A DNA stretch of 64,000 bases from Anaerolineae bacterium (GCA_021463865.1 JAJTXY010000002.1:64219-128218); one strand, 5' to 3'. Counted from the first letter of the stretch, positions 27,801-35,588 are shown. The notes: a model not told the origin generated them from the letters alone. A program made the numbers and translations.

Positions 27801-29136
27801 TGGCGTAATTGACATTGGGCAGGCTTCGGAAAATCACAAAATAGGCATTCCGCCATTCTTCATAATACCCACCAATTTCACCTTCCGGCGCAGGGTCTAT
27901 CTTGATCTTATCGGCGATGCTGTCGGCATCCATTGGGGCATTAAAAAAGATGCTGAAACTGCCACCGGGGTCAACATTGCGTTCTCCATCGGCGGGATAC
28001 GTCCGATAATAATCAGGATAGGGTACGGTGCGTAAGGGCCGCAAATAGTCATTATTCAGTTCCGCACCCGTCATAGATCGCAGAACGGCATCATCCCCAA
28101 CCAGCAAATAAATCGAGTCTAGATCGAGGGTATCAAGCGTGCGGAGTCGAACCGTCCGACGATCCATTGACCATGAATATCCCATGCGTACCCTGTCCCC
28201 ATCCCAAGACTCAATATATAGGCCGTTTTGTGTAACTGGATTCATGGGCTGGGTAAAGCTCAATTCGAGAATGGGTTTCAGGGGTATATCAAATGGGGCA
28301 AAAAGTTCTCGCTCGGCAATCAATCGGTCAGCCGCATCATTCTCTTCTTCGGTATGACGCACACGCGGCGCATTCAACACACGGGCATTGGCAAATGTGG
28401 GTTTGACGGTGGAAAAGCTAAACTGATAATCCTCTTCCAATACCGCGTCGGTGGGGGTTTTGAGTCCGGCGTCAATTGTAACGGTATAGGTCGTTCCGCC
28501 AATAAATCCCTGTTCGGGCTTGAACGTATAGATCGAAGTATTGAGCCATTCGCCTGTCCCAGTCGTTTCTGGTTCGATGTGTATCGGGTTAACCAGATCA
28601 GCCTGATAGCCAATGCTGGAAAGGGGTACAACTGGACGGTTAAAGATCACCGTAACGACAGTATCTGTGGAAACATTGGTAGCCCCGTTTCCCGGTAGGA
28701 CTTCCGATATTTGCAGAGAATTCGTGGTGAATAAATGAAGCCGATAAGCAGACTCCATTGGGATATGTTGTGTATCCTCGGCAAATACGCTGAAGATCAG
28801 GTCGCTGTCGGTTGGATACCCTTCGAGTGGAGGGGAAAACCTGAGAATACGCCCCCCGTCCACCCATTCCCATACGCCACCTTCCACAGCGGGATCAACA
28901 CTAAAGAGGCCGCCACTTTCCACATTCATGGGACGGTCAAAGGTAAACTCGACTGAACGTTGGAGGCCTAGCTCTTCGCCATTTTCCGGCGATGTTTCAA
29001 TAATCTTTGGTGCAATGTTTCCAGACTGATTGGGTGGAGAGGCCTGTGGAGAATTCGGTCTAATGAGGGCAAAAATAGCAGTGCAGATTATCAGCGCCAA
29101 TGGTAGAGATACCAAAACACGCCTGTGCTTCAACAT
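24889..29136 (-). CDS. alpha-2-macroglobulin family protein, N-terminal fragment (membrane anchor, Ig-like/MG domains, SH3-like insert)
   Basis: The ATG at 29136 has a GAGGGGAG RBS. TM/signal anchor MLKHRRVLVSLPLALIICTAIFALI. It ends ...RQDFVDTPSGNPV* just where A2M proteins continue F-x-D/E-T-x-x-W. Confidence 0.8.
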   Translation of the reverse strand: MLKHRRVLVSLPLALIICTAIFALIRPNSPQASPPNQSGNIAPKIIETSPENGEELGLQRSVEFTFDRPMNVESGGLFSVDPAVEGGVWEWVDGGRILRFSPPLEGYPTDSDLIFSVFAEDTQHIPMESAYRLHLFTTNSLQISEVLPGNGATNVSTDTVVTVIFNRPVVPLSSIGYQADLVNPIHIEPETTGTGEWLNTSIYTFKPEQGFIGGTTYTVTIDAGLKTPTDAVLEEDYQFSFSTVKPTFANARVLNAPRVRHTEEENDAADRLIAERELFAPFDIPLKPILELSFTQPMNPVTQNGLYIESWDGDRVRMGYSWSMDRRTVRLRTLDTLDLDSIYLLVGDDAVLRSMTGAELNNDYLRPLRTVPYPDYYRTYPADGERNVDPGGSFSIFFNAPMDADSIADKIKIDPAPEGEIGGYYEEWRNAYFVIFRSLPNVNYAITLEPGMRDVYGNEITTPTEINFATRAYEPSLRLNVPGMMAVYNAYDPTTRLFVSHRNINTIELQLYRLDLPSLAGVARSNNQPNQDNRAGQRLRSWQVPVASPLNVSRDRMVLISPEEVDRGLEDVACQGVAARRLTVDIEARVTADDLRPLPVHAEASFSSDTVTQYPAGTTFWVQDGPLCAEGYLWWKVKNFEDETEGWIPEGSLSAYFVEPLSDVPLIENGEYKALEPGAYLLYVNSPQSNKRGYPPNAHVMIVATVNITFKYSQHEALAWVTNMQTGNPEPNLLVKFYDNKFSVVAFGRTDENGLVIVDLPKLDTYGTLYAVVQTPEHFGFVSNRLIYGIQPGDFNIQMDYQPSDQRLYLYSDRPIYRPGQTVYFRGILRKQNDVLYSVMPGHRTVPIEIYDASNQKIYEERIEVNPQGSFSGEFTLDDEASRGNYRIAVALPSYQEYYNRYTGYYWNLPGLTFDVAEYHAPEYEVRAVPAADEVLMGEMVDVTIDARYFFGGAVSNAQIKWVALGQDYYFNYQGRGRWTFQDFDYDRLDTENYIETTSGVWAEKVSEDEGVTDAEGRFVVRLPAGAANHPGSQVYTIEATVTDESNQPVAGRVRVVVHQGKVYVGVAPDSYLSQAGKTSRFNMIAVDWDSQAVPNQVVEYRIVERRWTSVLEKDTDGRMAWTWDLEEIEVASGSVTLDADGKGQVEYVPPRGGTYKLYATSRDDAGNEILSSGFMWVSSPEYVSWRQRNDNRVTLIADADTYRPGDTAQILIPSPFQGETLALVTVERDSFLRTEIIHMTTNSYVYQLPIEDLYAPNIYVSVMLVKGIDEHTTYAQFRFGMIPLTIDTERLVMDVEVTPVMPEGVETVGPGDTVTLDVKTRDWAGNPVSAEVGIGVTDLSVLGLMSPNSPPLLEYFYSRRGLGIMTASTLTISADDYVQYVTNGRKGGGGGGGGYPGIIEIRQDFVDTPSGNPV

Positions 29137-29347
29137 TTGAAATCTCCCCTCGTCAAAATTACTTTTCACGAGGTTATAACATGGGGCTGATGCTTCTGTT
29201 GAACGCGCAGGCCACGTCTATTCAATTGCTACCCCATGCCCGTCTTCCAAAAAGCTGACAAATAGCTGACGTGGTTAATTTACGCTAGGTGGTCATTGAA
29301 TTAATTGTTTCATGCGGAAAAACTGAAGGGGTTTTTTTGTGCCGATC

Positions 29348-30742
29348 TTATTGGCTTAATATTGTTTTTGCCTCTTTTATCACCTCGACCAAATCAAGAT
29401 TTTGGCCTTGCTGGGTGATTTGCATATACTCGTCGGTTTCTAATTCTCGGCAAATGGACTCAAATAAGCGACGATTGAGATGGATGGCATACCGATGCAG
29501 AACGCCCGTCCATCGTGCCGCTTGTTCATATTCTTGACCGTGCCAGAAAAAATGAACCACGATAAGCAGCGTTTTTGCCAAATAGGGTTCAATCCCAAGC
29601 TGAAGAGCAAGTTCAATAGCCTCCATTATGGCTTGGCGGGCTGGTTCATACCGATTTTGTAGAAGGTCTAAGTATGCCATATATCCTCGCGTAAGGCAGA
29701 CATAGTAAGGGGTCTTTCTTTGGCGGGCCAATTCAAGGGCTTCTCGATAAGACTTGGTCGCTGCCTCAAAGTTACCGCAGTATGTATAAATATTGCCCAG
29801 ATCAATCATCCCGCTCACCACCAAGTTTTTCATATTGATCGAGTCGGCAATTTGGATACCCTCTTGATAATGGCTAATGGCAGAATCCAGCTTATCCTGT
29901 TCGACTTCACACATCGCCAAACTAAGCAAGGCAGCGGGCAGCATTCGCATAAATCCAACATTACGGCATATTTGCACGGATCGTTCGGCTTGCTGTTCAG
30001 CAGTGACAAAATCTTGCAGGGAGACAAGACTGTTGCTAAGGGTCAGCAGAGCGACGCTCAACTCTCCCTCGCGGCCTGTTCCCTCTACGATTGCCAAATA
30101 TTTGGCAAAATAATCGTATGCCAACTGATAGTCGCCGCGAAAATGGGCCACTCGGCCAATCCCCTGATAAACACGACCAATTTCGGCGGTTGCTTGGCAT
30201 TTTTCAAATAGAACGAGCGCCCTATTTAGCAAATCTTCCGATTCATCGAACTTGCCTAGTTGTTGGGCAACCGACGCCAATGTATAGTAAGCTCGCCCCA
30301 TACTTAAGACATCTTTGGCCCGTTGACCTAAAATCAATAGTTGGTTGGCAAGCTGTGTGGCTTGTTCGGCTCGAGCCGAATAAAAATGGGCCTGTGCAAG
30401 ATGATGTAATATAGTACACTGAGCCTCAGCATTTCCGACCAGAATCGCCGCATCAAGTGCCTGTTGCAGCCATGTTACTCGTTCGGATGGCGTTTGGCGC
30501 ACTCTCAAAATATCAATTCCCGCAATCGAAAACTCTACGCATAACTGAGCCTTGTCTAGCTCATCCGCCGCACTAGCCGACCATGCCTGCCATTGACGGA
30601 TTTGACTCCAGTCCTGCTCAATCTGGTTATACCAATAGGTGCGGTTGCCATGTCCACGCCGAAAGGCCGTATTTGCCTGTTGCAGACGAGTCACATAATG
30701 TTGAGCCAGCCGATATTGAACGGTACCGCCAGAAGATGCCAT
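29348..30742 (-). CDS. tetratricopeptide (TPR) repeat protein, sensor-like partner of the upstream NB-ARC protein
   Basis: 464 aa of TPR-like helical repeats. Its start ATG overlaps the upstream stop as TAATG. Confidence 0.75.
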   Translation of the reverse strand: MASSGGTVQYRLAQHYVTRLQQANTAFRRGHGNRTYWYNQIEQDWSQIRQWQAWSASAADELDKAQLCVEFSIAGIDILRVRQTPSERVTWLQQALDAAILVGNAEAQCTILHHLAQAHFYSARAEQATQLANQLLILGQRAKDVLSMGRAYYTLASVAQQLGKFDESEDLLNRALVLFEKCQATAEIGRVYQGIGRVAHFRGDYQLAYDYFAKYLAIVEGTGREGELSVALLTLSNSLVSLQDFVTAEQQAERSVQICRNVGFMRMLPAALLSLAMCEVEQDKLDSAISHYQEGIQIADSINMKNLVVSGMIDLGNIYTYCGNFEAATKSYREALELARQRKTPYYVCLTRGYMAYLDLLQNRYEPARQAIMEAIELALQLGIEPYLAKTLLIVVHFFWHGQEYEQAARWTGVLHRYAIHLNRRLFESICRELETDEYMQITQQGQNLDLVEVIKEAKTILSQ

Positions 30743-32565
30743 TAGTTCATCACCTCATCCAAAAGCGAACGTGCGTGTAAGACCAAGAGGGCGTGCATTT
30801 GGAAGCGTCCCCCACCAACGGGTTCTAAGAGACCACGATTGACCAGTAATCTTGCAATCGGTTTCGGGTCGTCTACCTCCCATACGACGGCCATCGCAGG
30901 CAGATCAAATGTCGCAGGTTTAGCAACAAATAATCCCAAATATGCGAAATACTGCCGGGTTAAGGCATCGAGCGAATCCGTACTGCGTTTGAGAAGTGCA
31001 GTAATTGTCAGCGAGGTATCGGACTTGACGCCCAACATATCACTGGGTGCTTGGGCGGTCAGCAAGCTGGCACCCTCTCGCAAATCAGCCAATAATTCAG
31101 TCACCCCCCAGCCCAATCGAGCCTCGCTTTGTAACAGACGGCCTGCCACATGGATCGCCAACGGCAGACCTTCGAGGTCACGCACCAATTGCGTGGCTTC
31201 ATCAAGTTGATTTGCAACAGTGTCAGGAGTGAACTTTGCCAATAGTTCCAGTGCGGCATGTTCGGTCAAGACGGGTAGGCGATAAATATCGGTGGCCGTC
31301 GGAGCAAGAGCAGTCGCCACGTCATTTAAACGACTCGTCATCACCAAAGTACAGTTTTTTCCCCCGACCCGAAACGGTTGGGCATGATCCGCCTGCCACA
31401 CATCATCCACAATCAGCAGCATTCGTTTGTCACGCAGCAGCGCCGTCAATTGGGCACTAATTTCCTCGACGGTGCGGGCTTGGCCGGGTTCATTCAACCG
31501 CAATGCTTCTGCCCAAGCTCCAATCTCACTGGCGATACTGGGGTTTTCACCCAATGAGGCCCATAAGACACCATCAGGATAATGCTGGCTGAGTTCCACA
31601 TCGTGGGCCAGTGTTGCCACAAGGGTGCTTTTGCCGACACCCGGCCAGCCTTGAATAACGGTGATTGGACGTGCTTCCGGACTACCCACGCCAAGCCGTT
31701 GCTTAATCGCATGGAGCGCAGCATCACGTCCCACCAAAAGCGATGGCAGGGGCGGCATCACCCCCGAAATCGGCGCACTAATCGAGTCGGTAGACGATAC
31801 CAGCGTGGGATTTCCCTGTTGAATGGCCTCAAAAAGTCGGGTGGTCTCGCTTTCAGGAGGGGTAGCAAGTTCACTATCCAAAATTTCCACACACTGGCGA
31901 TATTGGCGTAACGCTTCTGATCGCTGACCATTCGCAGCATATAAACGCATCAAGTGGCGATGAGCAGGCTCATGTAGGGTATCAACTGCCAACCACTGGA
32001 TGGCATGGCGAATCGCTTGTTCATACTGATCCAAGTCAGCATAATAGTGGGCCAAGCGGCGTTGGACATCAGCATATTCACGCCGCAGCCATTCGCGTTG
32101 GGCTAACTGCCAGTTCTCAAATTCCAAATCATCCGGCAGGTTGAACCCAATCAAAAAATCATCGCTATAGAGTGTTGCAGCTTGTTGATAAAAATCTACA
32201 CAATCTTTACAAATGCTATCCGAACTGTGCGGATGGGCGCTATTCGCTACTAGTAGTTTTTGGAAAGCGATCACATCAACCCATACCACTTCTCGTTTGA
32301 GGCCAATGGTCATACGATCTGCTTGAATCCATTCTATCTCCACCGCCTTGGTTAGCGACCTTAGGGCACTTCGCAAAGCTGACCGCGCATGATCCTCGTC
32401 TTGATCGGGCCACAATAAACTGGCGATAACCTCGCGGCTCTGCATTTGTTCGGACAATGCGAGATAGGCGATAAGGGCCACGGCCTTGCGGCGTTCAACT
32501 TTGACAGATGTGCCTTGAAATTCGATGCGTGGGGTTCCTAACAGATACACCCGCAAGTCACTCAT
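30742..32565 (-). CDS. SARP-family regulator: OmpR-type winged helix + BTAD + NB-ARC (STAND) ATPase
   Basis: N-terminus MSDLRVYLLGTPRIEFQG...RRKAVALIAYLAL and a BTAD helical region. P-loop GWPGVGKST, Walker B LLIVDDVW, and a GLPLAI motif. Confidence 0.85.
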   Translation of the reverse strand: MSDLRVYLLGTPRIEFQGTSVKVERRKAVALIAYLALSEQMQSREVIASLLWPDQDEDHARSALRSALRSLTKAVEIEWIQADRMTIGLKREVVWVDVIAFQKLLVANSAHPHSSDSICKDCVDFYQQAATLYSDDFLIGFNLPDDLEFENWQLAQREWLRREYADVQRRLAHYYADLDQYEQAIRHAIQWLAVDTLHEPAHRHLMRLYAANGQRSEALRQYRQCVEILDSELATPPESETTRLFEAIQQGNPTLVSSTDSISAPISGVMPPLPSLLVGRDAALHAIKQRLGVGSPEARPITVIQGWPGVGKSTLVATLAHDVELSQHYPDGVLWASLGENPSIASEIGAWAEALRLNEPGQARTVEEISAQLTALLRDKRMLLIVDDVWQADHAQPFRVGGKNCTLVMTSRLNDVATALAPTATDIYRLPVLTEHAALELLAKFTPDTVANQLDEATQLVRDLEGLPLAIHVAGRLLQSEARLGWGVTELLADLREGASLLTAQAPSDMLGVKSDTSLTITALLKRSTDSLDALTRQYFAYLGLFVAKPATFDLPAMAVVWEVDDPKPIARLLVNRGLLEPVGGGRFQMHALLVLHARSLLDEVMN

Positions 32566-32578
32566 TGGTCTCGTCCCC

Positions 32579-32623
32579 CTGTCACGATTCTGTCACCAAG
32601 CTGTCGCGCAGCTTCCCTATACT
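32579..32623 (+). promoter_or_regulatory. candidate SARP-dependent promoter: CTGTCAC-N4-CTGTCAC-N4-CTGTCGC-N10-TATACT
   Basis: Heptamers at 32579-32585, 32590-32596 and 32601-32607 with an 11-bp period. The -10-like TATACT is at 32618-32623. Confidence 0.5.
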
Positions 32624-32821
32624 GACCGTCAATCAAGCAATGCTTGAGCTGTGTGCCAGTCAGCAATGTTTCCACCCATTGTAGTGGAATTTGCAGCACG
32701 GCGTTTCCTAGCAACTAGATTGCACATGGCAATGACCCTGTAATCGTTGGACAGCCGTACTGGATAGGCTCCATTGCTGACAATGCCACATTTCGTTGGA
32801 TCAAAGGGTTGGGAGAATATC

Positions 32822-35383
32822 ATGCGAATAGCAACAAATGAGTCTCGTGCAGTGCGGACATCTGTCATTTTACTGGCAGTAGTCGCCATCTTGTTTTTTC
32901 TAATTGGCTGGCCGGCCCATTCGCAGGAGCAGTCAAGTCAACGGATTGAGTCGGACAATGCGTTGGTCACTCGTGAAGGCAACTGGTCATCCCAAGCAGC
33001 CGCAGCAGCCAGCGACGGAACCTATCTCTATTCGAGTGGGGCCGAAGGGGATGTGCTGGAATTGGAGTTTGTTGGCACGACATTGGAAGTCATCTATATC
33101 GCTGGGCCAGCCTTGGGTACATTGGCCCTCGAGGTGGATGGCACAGTGCTGCGAACAGTCATCACGAGGGCTGACCAAACCGCCTATGGACAAAGCACTA
33201 TCATCAACTATCTGAGTAATGAACCCCATATGCTCCGAGTCTATGCCCAAGAGGGCGGCATCGTGGCGGTAGATGCTTTTGTCATCTCCATTGAAGACGC
33301 CACCGATAGCACTACGAGCGGCGCACCCGACGAGGAAGGCGGGATTTTTGCCAGCACCTGTACCCCGGTGAATGCCATTCATCGTGTCAGCCTCAACTAT
33401 CAAAATGAGCAGGTGTCCGGTGCATTTACCAATAGTGACTCGGCTCTATCGGAAGATGGGCGTTTTGTCGCCTTCGAATCTGCTTCATCGGAATTGGTAG
33501 CAGGCGATACCAATGGCCTGATTGACATTTTTGTGTATGACCGCCAAACCTGCCAAATAAGCCGGGTGTCTGTTGCCAATGATGGTACAGAGGCAACCTT
33601 GTCATCAGCTAATCCGGATATTTCAGCCGATGGGCGCTATGTCGTATTCGAGACAAACGCTGAGTTGGTTAGTGCAGATTCCAATGGTGTCAGCGATATC
33701 TACATGTATGACCAAGAGACTTTTGAGATCACTCGTATCTCGCGGGCTAACCTTGCCTTTCCTCAGGCGAATGGAGCTTCACATAACCCGACAATTTCTG
33801 GCGATGGGACACGCATTGCCTTCGAGTCTACCGCAACTAATCTTGTGACGGGTGATACCAATGGCGAATCAGATATTTTCCTGCGTGATCTCACCGCCGG
33901 TACGACAACGCGAGTCTCACTGACCAATGCAGGCAATGAAGCGACAGGGGGTGGCTCGTTCATGCCAGATATTGCCTCAGCGGGAGATCATGTCGCGTTT
34001 GAATCCGAGGCGACCAATCTGGTGGCAAATGATAACAACGGTGAACGTGATATTTTTGCACGAGCACTGACGGCGGGCACTACTATCCGTGTGTCCATAC
34101 CATCCGGTGGGGGCCAAGCCAATGGCAATTCATGGGATCCGGCGATCTCGTCCAATGGTACGATCATCGCATTTGAATCGGACGCGACGAACATGGTGGC
34201 AGGCGATACCAATAATTTCCGGGATGTGTTTGTGCGTACCACCAGCGGTACTCCCACTACCTCACTGGTTTCAGTCTCGACAGCCGGGGTACTAGGCGCA
34301 CTCCCATCAGCTAACCCTGCGATTGCGAATGGCGGGCGTCAAATCGTCTTTGAATCCGATTCCCCCTTAGCCACTGAAGACACCAATGGTTGGACAGACA
34401 TCTATGTGCGTGACCGCGTTGCCAATACGACAACCCTCGTTTCGATAGCACGGGATGGAACACTGGGGGATGACAATACCAGCTACCCAGCTATTTCGGG
34501 CAATGGCAATTATGTGAGCTTTGAATCAGAAGCAACCAATCTGATTGCGGGGGATACGAACGATGATCCTGATATTTATGTTGCGCCGCGTTTCCCCACA
34601 CCTGCCGACAATCTCGCGGTGTTCAGCCCCAATTTCCAAATTGTTGGACTAGTAGATGGGTTGGGTGACCCACCTGCGGCAGATGACTATACATTCTATT
34701 CAGCCTACGCGCCTACCACTGGTGGGCAGTGGGTCATGGGTGATTGGGACAGTGATGGCCTAGAAACCCCCGGGGTCTACAGTAATGGCGCGTTCTTCTT
34801 CACCAATGAACCGGGTGAGACAGAGGATTGGGAACTGCTGTGGATTGGTGTAACCGGGTCGCCCGTCACTGGACGACTGGATGCAGCCATCACCAATGAC
34901 TGTATTGGAGTCGTCGAAGGGGCTGACTTTCCACCCTACGGAATGGCCTTTGTTCTCTACTACACCTGCGACCTATCGGGTAATCTCCTGCCTACCATCG
35001 GTTTCCAATGGCTGAGTGTCCTGTTGCCCGACTCGGCAGGCTTTATCGGCACGCATCAGTTCTCCGCAGGCGATTTTGATGGGGACGGTGTGGCAACGAT
35101 TGCGTGTCGGCGCGGAACTTCGATTACATGGACTAACGATGCAGCCACGACAGGCGCTGGAGGCTTCCCGTTAGGGCAATATATCGGCGCACCGGGCATT
35201 AGTGATGAAGGCTCTTTTGTGGCGGGCGATTGGGATGGTGATACTATCGCATCATTTGGGCTGTATTATCAAGATGGCGAATTCTACTATCGCCACGATC
35301 TCGATTTCAACTCAGGGGTGTATTTCAATCAGTCGCTTGGGGTGCCGTTGGCAGGCGTAACACAGGTCTCAGCTTGGCGATAG
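32822..35383 (+). CDS. secreted/anchored protein: N-terminal beta-sandwich-like region, seven PD40 (TolB-type) beta-propeller repeats, C-terminal FG-GAP/VCBS-like repeats
   Basis: The ATG at 32822 has a GGGAGAA RBS. TM/signal TSVILLAVVAILFFLIGW. Seven repeats fit the pattern DGxxVAFES.A.NLV.GDTNG..DI(F/Y).(R/Y)D. Three GDWD(S/G)DG-like repeats are present. Confidence 0.7.
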   Translation: MRIATNESRAVRTSVILLAVVAILFFLIGWPAHSQEQSSQRIESDNALVTREGNWSSQAAAAASDGTYLYSSGAEGDVLELEFVGTTLEVIYIAGPALGTLALEVDGTVLRTVITRADQTAYGQSTIINYLSNEPHMLRVYAQEGGIVAVDAFVISIEDATDSTTSGAPDEEGGIFASTCTPVNAIHRVSLNYQNEQVSGAFTNSDSALSEDGRFVAFESASSELVAGDTNGLIDIFVYDRQTCQISRVSVANDGTEATLSSANPDISADGRYVVFETNAELVSADSNGVSDIYMYDQETFEITRISRANLAFPQANGASHNPTISGDGTRIAFESTATNLVTGDTNGESDIFLRDLTAGTTTRVSLTNAGNEATGGGSFMPDIASAGDHVAFESEATNLVANDNNGERDIFARALTAGTTIRVSIPSGGGQANGNSWDPAISSNGTIIAFESDATNMVAGDTNNFRDVFVRTTSGTPTTSLVSVSTAGVLGALPSANPAIANGGRQIVFESDSPLATEDTNGWTDIYVRDRVANTTTLVSIARDGTLGDDNTSYPAISGNGNYVSFESEATNLIAGDTNDDPDIYVAPRFPTPADNLAVFSPNFQIVGLVDGLGDPPAADDYTFYSAYAPTTGGQWVMGDWDSDGLETPGVYSNGAFFFTNEPGETEDWELLWIGVTGSPVTGRLDAAITNDCIGVVEGADFPPYGMAFVLYYTCDLSGNLLPTIGFQWLSVLLPDSAGFIGTHQFSAGDFDGDGVATIACRRGTSITWTNDAATTGAGGFPLGQYIGAPGISDEGSFVAGDWDGDTIASFGLYYQDGEFYYRHDLDFNSGVYFNQSLGVPLAGVTQVSAWR

Positions 35384-35415
35384 GGCATACCAATCAACAT
35401 CCCTTGCTTTCTACA

Positions 35416-35448
35416 AAGGTCGGGTTACAAAGCCCGGCCTTTTTGTTT
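35416..35448 (+). terminator. Rho-independent terminator of the propeller gene
   Basis: AAGGTCGGG / CCCGGCCTT. 9-bp stem with one G-U pair and an 8-nt loop, followed by TTTTGTTT. Confidence 0.7.
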
Positions 35449-35450
35449 AG

Positions 35451-35495
35451 GCGTCATACAGTTGTCACGTTTCTGTCGCGCCGTTTTTTTATACT
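35451..35495 (+). promoter_or_regulatory. second copy of the heptamer/-10 module: (GCGTCAT)-N4-TTGTCAC-N4-CTGTCGC-N10-TATACT
   Basis: Heptamers at 35451, 35462 and 35473 with an 11-bp period. TATACT is at 35490-35495. 21/27 identity to 32601-32627. Confidence 0.45.
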
Positions 35496-35501
35496 AACCT
35501 C

Positions 35502-35583
35502 TGTCTTGATCACCTTGCACTTGTATTGTCTCAACCCTCCTCATCCGCTCCCACTTTTTGTAGGGGTTGAGACATACCTTTTT
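35502..35583 (+). ncRNA. candidate small RNA (orphan unit of about 80 nt between the module promoter and a hairpin + T-run)
   Basis: No credible ORF or RBS. TGTCTCAACCC (35527-35537) pairs with GGGTTGAGACA (35564-35574). The loop is C-rich (CCCUCCUCAUCCGCUCCCAC), followed by TACCTTTTTG. Confidence 0.3.
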
Positions 35584-35588
35584 GAGAA

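Noticed and set aside
29315-29340. GGAAAAACTGAAGGGGTTTTTTT downstream of the TPR gene, considered as a terminator.
   Set aside because: The only possible stem is 6 bp and almost all A-U (AAAAAC/GTTTTT). That is not convincing as an intrinsic terminator.
32629-32889. An 86-aa minus-strand ORF in the divergent region between the SARP gene and the propeller gene.
   Set aside because: It overlaps the well-supported start of the propeller gene, which has an RBS and a signal anchor. It has no RBS or recognisable domain.
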